NCBI GenBank assembly: GCA_963753595.1
Contig: CAVWCX010000003.1
Coordinates: 58,755-122,754, forward strand
DNA: 64,000 nt
Direction: 5' to 3'
Origin: Candidatus Methanoperedenaceae archaeon
GTDB lineage: Archaea > Halobacteriota > Methanosarcinia > Methanosarcinales > Methanoperedenaceae
Under the pieces are notes generated by a model. The model had not been told where the DNA came from. It was given only the letters and a program-made list of their open reading frames with translations, and ran no database searches. This document shows positions 19,761-29,376 of the stretch, in pieces (positions within the stretch are counted from its first letter, which is position 1; the number at the start of each line of letters is the position of its first letter). The translations under genes were made by a program, and so were the position numbers.

Positions 19761-21203
19761 ATGCCTCCAATCTTCGAAATTCTCCAAAAGGACTGTGCCG
19801 GTCGTATCGGGCGTCTTGAAACCCGTCACGGGATCATCGAGACACCCACCATCATGCCTGTCGTCAATCCCAATATCCAGACGATCAAGCCCTCAGAACT
19901 TCGAAAATTCGGCGCCCAGGTCATCATAACAAACTCATATATAATTTACCGAAAGCCTGAAATGAGGGAACGCGCCCTGAAGGAAGGGTTACATTCACTT
20001 ATCGGTTTTGATGGCCCGATAATGACTGACTCGGGCTCATACCAGTTATCGATATATGGGGAAGTGGAAGTAAATAATAAACAAATTGTTGAATTCCAGC
20101 AAAATATCGGCTCAGATATTGGCGTACCTCTTGATATTCCTACGCCTCCTGACGTTTCACGAATGCGCGCCGAGTCTGAACTTGAACAAACAATAGCCAG
20201 GGAAAAAGAGGCCTTAGGATCAAAAAAGGATATGCTTCTTGCTGCGCCCATTCAGGGTTCGACATTTCCTGACCTCAGGGAGAGATGCGCGCGCGAGTTA
20301 AGCCTGCTTGATTTTGATGTTTATCCTCTGGGAGCGGTCGTACCTCTTATGGAATCATACAGGTATTCCGAGCTTGTGGATGTTATCGTTGCCTCTAAAA
20401 AAGGCCTGTCACCGGCAGCGCCTGTGCATCTTTTCGGGGCCGGGCATCCAATGATGTTCTCTCTTGCCGTGGCTTTAGGTTGTGATCTTTTTGATTCAGC
20501 ATCTTATGCACTGTATGCCAAGGATGGAAGATACATGACAACGCGGGGCACGTATCATATTGAAAATCTCCAGTACCTGCCCTGTTCTTGCCCGATATGC
20601 AGTTCGCTAAGTGCCCGGGAATTGTTTGAAAGCGAAAAGCGTGAAGAGCTGCTGGCGCGCCATAATCTCTATGTGACCTTTGAGGAAATACGAATTGTAA
20701 AACAGGCGATACAGGAAGGAAGCCTGTGGGAACTTGTGGAAAACCGGTGCAGGGCACACCCTCAATTGCTGTCCGGATTAAAGAGGGCGCTATCACAGCA
20801 TTCGGGATGGATAGAAACGATCCAGCCTTTATCAAGGTCAACATTCTTTTACAGTGGTCCAGAATCATCCCTGAGGCCTGAGGTTTTAAGGCACAAGAAC
20901 AAGCTCAGGAATTTGAAGATAAATGGAAAGGTCCTTATCAGGAATAAAAGACTTGAAAATGAGGATGAATTTGACTGGGTTTTTGATTTCAAGCCCCCAT
21001 TTGGCCCATATCCATTAGAACTCAAGGAAACATTTCCTTTTAACGCTGAAGTTATTGATGAACCGGATCATGAATCATTGACCGTTGCCCTTCAAAATAC
21101 GCTTCATTTGATAGAACTAAATCCCGATTCTGAATTTACGATCCGTTTAGATGGTATGCCTGGACATCCATTGATGAATGAAATTAACAAAGGAAGTAAA
21201 TAG
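19761..21203 (+). CDS. tgtA: Archaeosine tRNA-guanine(15) transglycosylase, split type without PUA
   Basis: MTDSGSYQL, HLFGAG, DLFDSASY, CSCPIC Zn motif. Confidence 0.94.
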   Translation: MPPIFEILQKDCAGRIGRLETRHGIIETPTIMPVVNPNIQTIKPSELRKFGAQVIITNSYIIYRKPEMRERALKEGLHSLIGFDGPIMTDSGSYQLSIYGEVEVNNKQIVEFQQNIGSDIGVPLDIPTPPDVSRMRAESELEQTIAREKEALGSKKDMLLAAPIQGSTFPDLRERCARELSLLDFDVYPLGAVVPLMESYRYSELVDVIVASKKGLSPAAPVHLFGAGHPMMFSLAVALGCDLFDSASYALYAKDGRYMTTRGTYHIENLQYLPCSCPICSSLSARELFESEKREELLARHNLYVTFEEIRIVKQAIQEGSLWELVENRCRAHPQLLSGLKRALSQHSGWIETIQPLSRSTFFYSGPESSLRPEVLRHKNKLRNLKINGKVLIRNKRLENEDEFDWVFDFKPPFGPYPLELKETFPFNAEVIDEPDHESLTVALQNTLHLIELNPDSEFTIRLDGMPGHPLMNEINKGSK

Positions 21204-21258
21204 AATATAAAAAGTTAAAGTAAAGTTTTTTGTGTTTAAATCGCTTAATATAGAACAA

Positions 21259-22104
21259 ATGCAAAACAAAATCGGTAAAGCTTTCGCCCCCGCCCATATA
21301 TCAGGTATCTTTATCATCGATACCAAAAAAGACCCATCACTTTCAGGTTCAATGGGCTGCGGAATATGTCTTGAGGACGGCGCTGTGACAGAAGTGCGCC
21401 CTGCCAGAGAAACAATGATCAGGATCAATGGGGCTGTCACAAAAGCTCCCACGACATTATCGGCAATAGAACTCCTGACCCCGGAACCAGTGCTCGTAGA
21501 TACAAAAATAAACATACCCATTGGCGCAGGGTTTGGTGCAAGCGGCGCCGGGGCATTGAGTACCGCACTTTCACTAAATGAAGCGCTTTCCCTGGATTTG
21601 ACCTTGAAAGGAGCAGCAGTAGCCGCTCATTGTGCCGAAGTGATGAATCTCACAGGGCTTGGGGATGTGACCGGAATGACCTTTGGCGGCATGGTTATCA
21701 GGAAAAAAGCAGGCGCGCCTTTTCTTGGAGTTATTGATAAGATCCCATGCAGGAATACTGAAATATCCTGGATAGAGTTCAATGGGATATCAACAAGATC
21801 GATCTTATCAGATGAACTGAAAACAAAAAGCATAAACAGGGCCGGAAAATCAAGGCTCAAAGAACTCTTAAATAAACCCACGATCGAAAATTTCATGATC
21901 CAATCCGAAGCCTTCGCAAAAGATATTGAACTCATGAGCCCGGAGGTAAAAGATGCTATCGAAACCGTAAAAGCCGCAGGTGGTCTTGCAAGCCAGGCAA
22001 TGCTTGGGGATACTGTTTTTGCAATAAACGATAACGGTGCACTTCAGGAATTCGGAGAAGTGCGTATAAGCAGGATAAGTAATGCCGGAGCACACCTTTT
22101 ATGA
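21259..22104 (+). CDS. Pantoate kinase (GHMP family)
   Basis: AFAPAHISGIF, PIGAGFGASGA, TGLGDV, SQAMLG; overlaps PPS. Confidence 0.9.
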   Translation: MQNKIGKAFAPAHISGIFIIDTKKDPSLSGSMGCGICLEDGAVTEVRPARETMIRINGAVTKAPTTLSAIELLTPEPVLVDTKINIPIGAGFGASGAGALSTALSLNEALSLDLTLKGAAVAAHCAEVMNLTGLGDVTGMTFGGMVIRKKAGAPFLGVIDKIPCRNTEISWIEFNGISTRSILSDELKTKSINRAGKSRLKELLNKPTIENFMIQSEAFAKDIELMSPEVKDAIETVKAAGGLASQAMLGDTVFAINDNGALQEFGEVRISRISNAGAHLL

Positions 22105-22850
22105 TACCCAAAAGCCATCCCCGATATGATTCTTTAATGACGCGTGAGTTGATAGTCGAGGGCGTAAAAAAAGGAATAACAAGTACACAGGGATTGATCG
22201 CACAGGGGCGGGGGGAGGCATTTGATTATTTGATAGGTGAGAAAACCACAGAAAGCGCTTTGCGTGCTGAAAAGGTGGCAGCAGCAAAGTTACTTCTTGC
22301 AAAAAAACCTGTAATATCGGTGAATGGAAATGCCGCAGCCCTTGTCGGTTCTGAACTCATAAGGTTAAGCGAACTTGTAAATTCGCCTCTTGAAGTTAAT
22401 TTATTTCACAGGACAGAAGAAAGGGTAAATAAAATCATGCAGCATCTTCGATCCCTCGGTGCAAAAAATCTGGTTACAAAGAACGATGCCCTGATCCCCG
22501 GACTTGAACATGACCGCGCAAAAGTGGATAGAAATGGCATCTTCATTGCGGATGTCGTACTTGTACCTCTTGAGGATGGAGACAGGTGCAAAGCACTCGT
22601 AGATATGGGAAAAACCGTAATCGCTATTGACCTTAACCCGCTTTCAAGAACTGCGCAATGCGCAACGGTAACTATTGTGGATAATATAACCCGCGCTGTA
22701 CCCAATATTTCTAAATTTGCAGGAGAATTGAAAGAATTGGATATAAAAAACTTAAAGGAGATAACCAGGGGATATGATAATAAACAGACACTGTCTCTTG
22801 CTATTGAAGAAATAAATAAGAACATGGTCTCTTTTACAGGCAGACCATGA
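22101..22850 (+). CDS. 4-Phosphopantoate--beta-alanine ligase (PPS)
   Basis: IPKSHPRYDSL, GRGEAFDYLIGE, VPLEDGDR, IDLNPLSRT. Confidence 0.95.
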   Translation: MIPKSHPRYDSLMTRELIVEGVKKGITSTQGLIAQGRGEAFDYLIGEKTTESALRAEKVAAAKLLLAKKPVISVNGNAAALVGSELIRLSELVNSPLEVNLFHRTEERVNKIMQHLRSLGAKNLVTKNDALIPGLEHDRAKVDRNGIFIADVVLVPLEDGDRCKALVDMGKTVIAIDLNPLSRTAQCATVTIVDNITRAVPNISKFAGELKELDIKNLKEITRGYDNKQTLSLAIEEINKNMVSFTGRP

Positions 22851-22877
22851 TATTACCCATATCGGCAGGTATATTGC

Positions 22878-23057
22878 CACTGCAAAGTCGGCTATGAACT
22901 CTTGGTTCCTAAATAACCATGAAAAAAACAGCGAACTAACACGAACTGAAACGAACTCCGGTAGCGTGAGTTCGTTTCAGTTCGTTCAGTTAGTTGTTAA
23001 TTTATTCCATATCATGACCAAAAGAATTTGCTGCTACGCTTTGCGTCCTTCGCAGTG
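22878..23057 (+). mobile_element. ~180-bp MITE/REPIN-like element, copy A
   Basis: TIRs CACTGCAAAG/CTTCGCAGTG and an internal (CGAACT)3 hairpin. An inverted homolog lies at 57269-57444. Confidence 0.75.
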
Positions 23058-23071
23058 ATGCGGGTATTATA

Positions 23072-23161
23072 CGGGCGCGGGGGGATTCGAACCCCCGACC
23101 TACAGCTAGCTCCAATATAATTTAGGAGGCTGCCGCCCTATCCAGACTAGGCCACGCGCCC
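23072..23161 (-). tRNA. tRNA-Arg(CCT) with a 15-nt intron (23108-23122)
   Basis: GGGCGCG/CGCGCCC acceptor stem, GGTTCGAATCC T-arm, bulge-helix-bulge CTCC/GGAG at 37/38. Confidence 0.95.
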
Positions 23162-23259
23162 TGTGGGGTTTTGACTAGATGTCAGTGGTTTGTATTTAAT
23201 ATATCGCATCTTTCAAACAGAAATTGGATGTTTGGATTAATGATATTTGGAACACAAAG

Positions 23260-24363
23260 TTAATAATAAGTCACTTCAACCACATATTTTTCAGCAAGCG
23301 CAAGTATCTTTGCGGCCAATTCATCCCTGTTGTGCCTGAATTGCTGTTTTCCCTGCATTATTTCCTGTGAAACCTCCCTTCCCACGACATCATCAAATCC
23401 CGATCTTACGCGAATGATCACTGACCCTTCCGAAACCACTGTATTCTCAAGCACATTGTCTATATCCCCATCAATAATACCAATAACAGGAATGCCAAGA
23501 CGCGCCAATATATCTGCTGCTATCATAGTTGTGTCATCCCCTACAGTTATGACAAGGCCTGCATCCCGGACAAGTTCAAATGTTGATTCTGCAGCATGAT
23601 CAATTATTGCTATTTTATTGTTCGATTTTTTTGAACTGATATCTCCTATCCTTGGTTTTGATCTTGTTCTCCTGATGCCGCCTGTTTTTACCTTCGCTTT
23701 AAAAAGGTCGATCTTGCGACTTTCAAGTTTTTCAAGACCATGTGATTTTACTTTTATGCCCTTAAGGCCTGCGATCTTTCCATCCCTGCATATAATTTCA
23801 ATATCAGGGTCTGTGATCTCACCGATCACCACACCATCCAGGCGAATGTTTTCACCAGTAAACGCGCCTCCTATGCTGCGGATGACAGAAGCCCCATCGA
23901 TCCTGATATGCGATGGTTCAGGTATTCCCAACTCCACAGGCAGGTCACAGGCATATTTTAACAGGAATTTCCTGACGAATTGCGCGCATCGTTTTGCAGG
24001 CTGGTAGTAGTATATTATCCGGCCATTATTATCCGGGCTCTCTATATGGACAAATGGCAGTGAATTATCAAGTTTAGACGCTACGATCCTGCCGAAATAG
24101 CGGCCAGTATCAAGGGTTTTTCCATGATTAAGGAGTATTGCAAGGTCAATTTCATTTTTCATCGCGATTACAGTTTCACTGGGCGTGAGTCCCTGCGAAA
24201 TGTCAATAACGTTTTCAAGACCGGCATCCAGAACTGCGGTTCTTCCCATAGTCCCGCCAAGTCTTGCGGTTACGTCATGTTCTTTCTTGAATATGCCGAT
24301 GATCTTACCGGCAGAACCCACATCGACTATCTCAGGCCCGTGAAGAATTATCCCTATGCGCAT
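23260..24363 (-). CDS. DUF2117-family protein
   Basis: MRIGIILHGPE, LGGTMGRTAVLDA, LNHGK, TVGDDTT, GIIDGD. Confidence 0.8.
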   Translation of the reverse strand: MRIGIILHGPEIVDVGSAGKIIGIFKKEHDVTARLGGTMGRTAVLDAGLENVIDISQGLTPSETVIAMKNEIDLAILLNHGKTLDTGRYFGRIVASKLDNSLPFVHIESPDNNGRIIYYYQPAKRCAQFVRKFLLKYACDLPVELGIPEPSHIRIDGASVIRSIGGAFTGENIRLDGVVIGEITDPDIEIICRDGKIAGLKGIKVKSHGLEKLESRKIDLFKAKVKTGGIRRTRSKPRIGDISSKKSNNKIAIIDHAAESTFELVRDAGLVITVGDDTTMIAADILARLGIPVIGIIDGDIDNVLENTVVSEGSVIIRVRSGFDDVVGREVSQEIMQGKQQFRHNRDELAAKILALAEKYVVEVTYY

Positions 24364-24426
24364 GCTATCGATTAATTGAGGGTATCGGAATAAATATTTA
24401 AGTATCAAAAATAATAAAAGCCATTT

Positions 24427-24579
24427 ATGCAACTTAAGAATATTGTCCTTCTCATCATCGCGATCATTCTTGCCCTGATTGTAATTAAGATCTTGTGGTG
24501 GATTACTGCGATCCTTTTCCAACTGGTTATATTTTTGATCGTTGTGTATATAATTTATTTATTTTTAAAAAAATTATAA
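24427..24579 (+). CDS. Small 2-TM membrane protein (50 aa), not in the ORF track
   Basis: MQLKNIVLLIIAIILALIVIKILWWITAILFQLVIFLIVVYIIYLFLKKL. Confidence 0.6.
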   Translation: MQLKNIVLLIIAIILALIVIKILWWITAILFQLVIFLIVVYIIYLFLKKL

Positions 24580-24613
24580 CACATTTTAAACCATTATTTT
24601 TTATATAATTATA

Positions 24614-24808
24614 TTAATCAAAACCATCAGAGCGCTTGTTAAGGATTTTATGGACTATAAAAATCACGGCCCAGAAAATTAACGCACCTATCAGAGCACC
24701 TCTCCAGTCCAGAACTCTATCGTGCAAAAAATATTTTAGAATAACAAATGTGACAAAATATGTTAATGATGCCGCAGAAGCTGTAAAATATGGATTCGTT
24801 TTTTCCAT
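24614..24808 (-). CDS. Small 2-TM membrane protein
   Basis: 64 aa with two hydrophobic helices. Confidence 0.6.
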   Translation of the reverse strand: MEKTNPYFTASAASLTYFVTFVILKYFLHDRVLDWRGALIGALIFWAVIFIVHKILNKRSDGFD

Positions 24809-24963
24809 GGATTAATTTAATTATTTTAATAAGCCAAATATCTTTGCTTTAGTCTTGTTCTGTTTATGCGTGTATTTCCAGTACTTTTGTCGCACGCATT
24901 ATTCGTTCAGTTTTTTCCTGGCAGGCAAGAATATATAACAAAAGCGCCTGTAAATTCCGGAAT

Positions 24964-25779
24964 ATGCAGGATGAAAATATAAACAAAATAAAAGAAATTA
25001 TTGGATCAGCTGCGGGTATTTCTGATCCGGCCGAACGTTCGCGAAAATACAGGACTATAGTGGGAATACTATCCCAGAATGCAGTACGTTCAAATGATCA
25101 CCTGTATATTGAGGAAGCAATGAAGATCTCAGGAATGATCACTGATGATCCATCCAAAGCTTATGTTGAGATAATCCGCGCCATAGCGAGAATGAATCGA
25201 AAAGATAAAAAAACATTCGATGAAACCCTTCAAATCACTGAAAAAATAGATAATGAACTTGACCTTTCTGTTGCGCTTTATGAAATCGTATTTGCGTTTG
25301 GCAAATCCGGTATTGATAAAAAGGATAATATGATTTTTTCTGCCTCCCTTGACCTTGCAGGAAAAATACCGATGAACACATATCGTGCAATGGCTTATCG
25401 GAATATTTCAAAGGTAATGGTGGATATTGATCCGGTAAAATCACTGGAATTGCTTGATCGATCTATTGAGATACTCGAAAAAAGTGAAGGGATCAAAACA
25501 ATATATCAAATTCCGGCATATTGTGATACCAGTGCGGTCCTGGCTAAACTTAATGATGATCGAAGTTACGGTTTTTTCAAAAAAGCAAGAGAAATGTCTG
25601 ATAATATCATGGATGATTTTGAGAAGTCTGCGGTTTTGTTAAAAATATTGGAAACCTGCATTGAAATCGGAAATAAATTTGAAGATGGAAAACTTCTGGA
25701 TGAGGCTTCTGAGATATCAAAGGAGATCACAAGAGAATATTATAAGACAGCTGCAAAAAATGCATTATTAAAGAATTAA
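24964..25779 (+). CDS. Helical-repeat (TPR-like) hypothetical protein
   Basis: Repeating amphipathic A/L helices. Confidence 0.7.
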   Translation: MQDENINKIKEIIGSAAGISDPAERSRKYRTIVGILSQNAVRSNDHLYIEEAMKISGMITDDPSKAYVEIIRAIARMNRKDKKTFDETLQITEKIDNELDLSVALYEIVFAFGKSGIDKKDNMIFSASLDLAGKIPMNTYRAMAYRNISKVMVDIDPVKSLELLDRSIEILEKSEGIKTIYQIPAYCDTSAVLAKLNDDRSYGFFKKAREMSDNIMDDFEKSAVLLKILETCIEIGNKFEDGKLLDEASEISKEITREYYKTAAKNALLKN

Positions 25780-26004
25780 CCAGGATAAAGATTATCTGGA
25801 CTATTTTGGCACACTTAAAAGCAATGTAGCGATCAGGGCAAGCACCCATAATACAATTTTTTCTTTTGTTATTTTATTATTCATCCTATCTATCCAATTA
25901 ATCCTATTGTCCATCATAAAAATAAAGCTATTGGATGAAAATTAATTATGTTGGGTATCCTGGATGGATAAAATATTTCTGTCGGTAGATGCAACCTGAT
26001 ACTC

Positions 26005-26292
26005 ATGCTAATTGAACAGATCAATCTTGAAAAGGGGAGCGCTATCGGACTTAAAATGGATATGGAACATGCCCCGCTGCTGGTTATCCGCGCAGGGTGC
26101 GGTTTTGTGATGTGCGGATATCTCAATATGGATATTGCTAATAAACTCGGGGATGTGGCCGTAAGGGTTACCGGAGTCAAGAGTTTTGAGGATGTTTTGA
26201 ACGCAAAAGCTGTGGATGTTTCCGAAAGTGCGAAGAACCGGGGGATAATGGTTGGAATGGCTGCCAGGGAAGCGCTGAACAGGATGTTTTGA
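26005..26292 (+). CDS. YunC/DUF1805 family protein
   Basis: PLLVIRAGCGFVMCGYLN, VTGVKSFEDVL. Confidence 0.85.
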   Translation: MLIEQINLEKGSAIGLKMDMEHAPLLVIRAGCGFVMCGYLNMDIANKLGDVAVRVTGVKSFEDVLNAKAVDVSESAKNRGIMVGMAAREALNRMF

Positions 26293-26439
26293 TATTTTAC
26301 TCTTTTAAATGGATTTTTTAATAATTTCCTGGTGATCCAAAGAAATGTCCAAAAGTATTAAGTATCCATTGCTCTATTAAACGCATGATTTTGTGAATAC
26401 TTTTCACATTTTAATCATATTATACCTGGAGGAAATTAA

Positions 26440-27021
26440 TTGGCAGTTACAAAAACAGAAGGCTGGAAAGCAAAGAAATGGTACAACCTTGTTGCGCCTG
26501 ACATGTTCGGGAAATCAAACATCGGAGAAACCATTGCTGATGAGCCGGAAAAGTTGGTAGGAAGAAACATCGAAGTCACACTTGGGGAGCTGACAAATGA
26601 TCTTTCCAAGCAGAATACCAAGCTGATCCTGAAAATTGACCGCGTGGGCGGAGATGTCGCTTATACAAAATACATGGGACATCAACTGACCCAGGATTAC
26701 CTGCGCTCACTTGTTAAGAGAGAAACATCATCTGTTGAAACAAATGTTTCAGTAAAAACAAAGGACGGTTATACCATTAGAGTAAAACCTTCGTGTTTTA
26801 CCATAAAAAGGGCACGTGAAGCCCAGGTAAAAGCTATCCGCCAGATAATGAACAAGGTTATTGAAGCAAGAGCCGGTGAAATGGATATGGAGCAGTTCGT
26901 CCAGGATGTTGTAACCGGGAAACTCTCTGCCAGTATATACCATGATGTAAAACCCATCTATCCTCTTCGCAGGGTAGAGGTCAGAAAAACAGAAATTGAG
27001 GCCGAACCAGTAGCCTCATAA
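26440..27021 (+). CDS. rps3ae: 30S ribosomal protein S3Ae (eS1), TTG start
   Basis: WKAKKWY-APDMF, DYLRSLVKR, IYPLRRVEVRK; GGAGG SD. Confidence 0.96.
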   Translation: MAVTKTEGWKAKKWYNLVAPDMFGKSNIGETIADEPEKLVGRNIEVTLGELTNDLSKQNTKLILKIDRVGGDVAYTKYMGHQLTQDYLRSLVKRETSSVETNVSVKTKDGYTIRVKPSCFTIKRAREAQVKAIRQIMNKVIEARAGEMDMEQFVQDVVTGKLSASIYHDVKPIYPLRRVEVRKTEIEAEPVAS

Positions 27022-27050
27022 TTCTTTTTTTTTTGTTTTTTTAAAAAATT

Positions 27051-27749
27051 TTAGAGATTGTTTTTTCTCTTCAATTCATTTGCTTTTTCTTTTAATCGCT
27101 CATTATCCATCTTCAGCATCATGAGTGTCGCTGCCAGCAGGAAATATGCAGCAAAATTGATAAGGAGATAATACAGGACTACTCCGCCTATACCTCCACC
27201 TCCGCCGCTGGGACATGGCGGGACAACGCAGGGATGCATTTTTGAATAGAAACGTACAGAAAGAAAACTTATCGGGACACTTATAAAACCGATTATACCA
27301 AAAACCGCTGATAACCGCGCTCTTTTTTCAGGCTCCTCTACTGCCTGGCGGATCATCAGGTAAGACAGGTATATCAAAAACAGGATAAGTGAGGTATTCA
27401 ACCTGACATCCCATGATACCCAGTATGCGCCCCATGCAGATTTTCCCCATATTGACCCGCTCACAAGTGTCAGGAAGGCAAATACCACCCCGACTTCAGC
27501 CGCTGATAACGATAGCATGTCCCATTTTTGTTTCTTGCTTCGAAGATATAAAATACTTGAAACAAATACAATTGCAAATGACAGGTATGCAGATATCGCT
27601 ATGGGAAGATGGAAATAGAATATTTTGAAGTTATTGGGGTCACCAGCTGCCGAACCGGGATCTATGGGAACGGGTGCTACGAAGAACAAGAGGTACATTG
27701 AAACAATTACTAATATTGCGGTTAAGGCATAAACAATTTTTTTAAGCAT
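27051..27749 (-). CDS. ccmC: Cytochrome c maturation protein CcmC
   Basis: YFHLP, GSIWGKSAWGAYWVSWDVRL (WWD domain), MHP. Confidence 0.92.
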   Translation of the reverse strand: MLKKIVYALTAILVIVSMYLLFFVAPVPIDPGSAAGDPNNFKIFYFHLPIAISAYLSFAIVFVSSILYLRSKKQKWDMLSLSAAEVGVVFAFLTLVSGSIWGKSAWGAYWVSWDVRLNTSLILFLIYLSYLMIRQAVEEPEKRARLSAVFGIIGFISVPISFLSVRFYSKMHPCVVPPCPSGGGGGIGGVVLYYLLINFAAYFLLAATLMMLKMDNERLKEKANELKRKNNL

Positions 27750-27777
27750 ATTATTTCCCTAATTAGTTCGCATGTCT

Positions 27778-27809
27778 CATAATATTATCCGTCACATAAT
27801 ATTATCCGT
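27778..27809. promoter_or_regulatory. Direct repeat CATAATATTATCCGT x2, each with palindrome ATAATATTAT, upstream of ccmC
   Basis: Read directly. Function inferred from position only. Confidence 0.4.
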
Positions 27810-27863
27810 ATATCATCAATTTATCAATTTTATTTCAAGAAAAAATATATTATTAGATTTTTA

Positions 27864-28553
27864 TCAATCTTCGATCGTATATTCAAACACCATTTGCGCT
27901 ACTACAAAAAAAATGATGTCATACACTACAAGTATCTGCATCTCTCCCGCAACATCCGAAAAATCACCATTTGCAAGCATCGTTCCGGTCGCGGTTACTG
28001 CCGAAAGTATCACAGGGATAAGAACCGGAAATAAAATAACCGGAAGAAGGATCTCGCGGGTTCGTGTATTTACAGTGAGCGCCGATAAAAGTGTTCCCAC
28101 AAAAATGAACCCGAAAGTACCAAGGATGATCACAACGATCAGGCCCGGAAGGTTTTTAATATCATAACTGAAAAGCACAACAAATATCGGTAACGTTGCC
28201 ATCTCCATAAGGAACATCAAAACCGCATTTGATAAAACTTTCCCATTATATATTTCGCTCCTGTCGGCCGGGCAAAGTTTCAGTCCTTCAAGGCATCCTT
28301 CTTCCTTTTCACCTGCAAAAGACCGGGATAGTCCGAGCATCCCTGCAAACGTGAACGCTATCCAGAGCATTCCCGGGGCAAGAAGGTCAACTATCCTTTT
28401 ATTAAGATTTGACACGAATATCGTGGCTTCATTCCCGAATGCAAAGCTAAAGATAACTATCACAAGAAGTGCGAAGATCACCATGGAATTCAGCATCTGC
28501 TTTGTGCGAAATTCCGCTTTCAGGTCTTTTTTTGCGATTTCAAGGAACTTCAT
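27864..28553 (-). CDS. ccmB: Heme exporter CcmB
   Basis: KDLKAEFR, PGMLWI, EKEEGCLEGL, LLPVILFP. Confidence 0.92.
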   Translation of the reverse strand: MKFLEIAKKDLKAEFRTKQMLNSMVIFALLVIVIFSFAFGNEATIFVSNLNKRIVDLLAPGMLWIAFTFAGMLGLSRSFAGEKEEGCLEGLKLCPADRSEIYNGKVLSNAVLMFLMEMATLPIFVVLFSYDIKNLPGLIVVIILGTFGFIFVGTLLSALTVNTRTREILLPVILFPVLIPVILSAVTATGTMLANGDFSDVAGEMQILVVYDIIFFVVAQMVFEYTIED

Positions 28554-29257
28554 TTTCGTTCCTCCACGTGTTTTTCATAAACAGCCCTGCACTGCAGCAG
28601 GTCATTGATCTCGTTCTCGGTCATCTCATGGGCAATATGCCCGCCTGCCAGGATTATTGCCCTGTCACACAATGAAATGCCATGCTCCAGGTCATGAGAA
28701 ATAAGGATTCTTGTTTTATCCGTAGCATTCATCCCCCCGAGTATCCTGTCAAATGTTGCTATGGCATGCTGGTCCAATCCAGTATAGGGTTCATCAAGAA
28801 AAAGAATCGGAGGGTCGTGAATAAGTGCTCTTGCAATTGATAAGCGCTGTTTCATCCCGCGGGAGAACGTCCTGACGCGGTCGTTTTTCCTGTAGGTCAG
28901 ACCCACCTGCTTTATCAGGTCTTCGATCCGTTCTTCAAGCCCTGGTGTGTCATACATCTTCCCGAAGAACCTGAGATTTTCAGCTGCTGTCAATTCGGTG
29001 TAAAGATAAGTTTCATGTGAGATCACACCTATTTTTTTCCTGATCTTGATTGGTTCTTCTTTAATATCAAGACCTTCGATAAGCACCTTCCCGGATGTAG
29101 GAGTGACAAGTGTTGCCATTATCTTGATGAGAGTGGTTTTACCCGCGCCGTTTGGGCCAAATATTGTGAGGAATTCCCCCTTTTCTATCTTGAGATTGAT
29201 ATTACGAAGGACAACATTCGTACCAAATGCCTTTGAAAGTTTTTCAATAGATATTAT
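28550..29257 (-). CDS. ccmA: Heme exporter ATPase CcmA, probable non-canonical start (ATA 29257 or ATC 29263)
   Basis: Walker A GPNGAGKTT lies upstream of the first ATG (29119). FSRGMKQR, LDEPYTGLD. AGGAG SD precedes the ATA. Confidence 0.88.
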   Translation of the reverse strand: MISIEKLSKAFGTNVVLRNINLKIEKGEFLTIFGPNGAGKTTLIKIMATLVTPTSGKVLIEGLDIKEEPIKIRKKIGVISHETYLYTELTAAENLRFFGKMYDTPGLEERIEDLIKQVGLTYRKNDRVRTFSRGMKQRLSIARALIHDPPILFLDEPYTGLDQHAIATFDRILGGMNATDKTRILISHDLEHGISLCDRAIILAGGHIAHEMTENEINDLLQCRAVYEKHVEERK

Positions 29258-29376
29258 ATTGATTTCTCCTGTTCGATACTAGATAATCTCATACATGCTT
29301 TATATTTTCTGTAATAAAGAATTAATCTTCCAGCAGACCATTAAATCTTTATTGACATACGCTAATTTATGAAAGG

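Noticed and set aside
24364-24522. N-terminal extension of the DUF2117 ORF
   Set aside because: Family-like sequence starts at MRIGIILHGPE. The extension is antisense to the 50-aa membrane ORF.
25877-25971. Long imperfect AT-rich hairpin upstream of yunC
   Set aside because: Pairing relies on many G-U pairs and gaps, so it cannot be distinguished from chance by eye.
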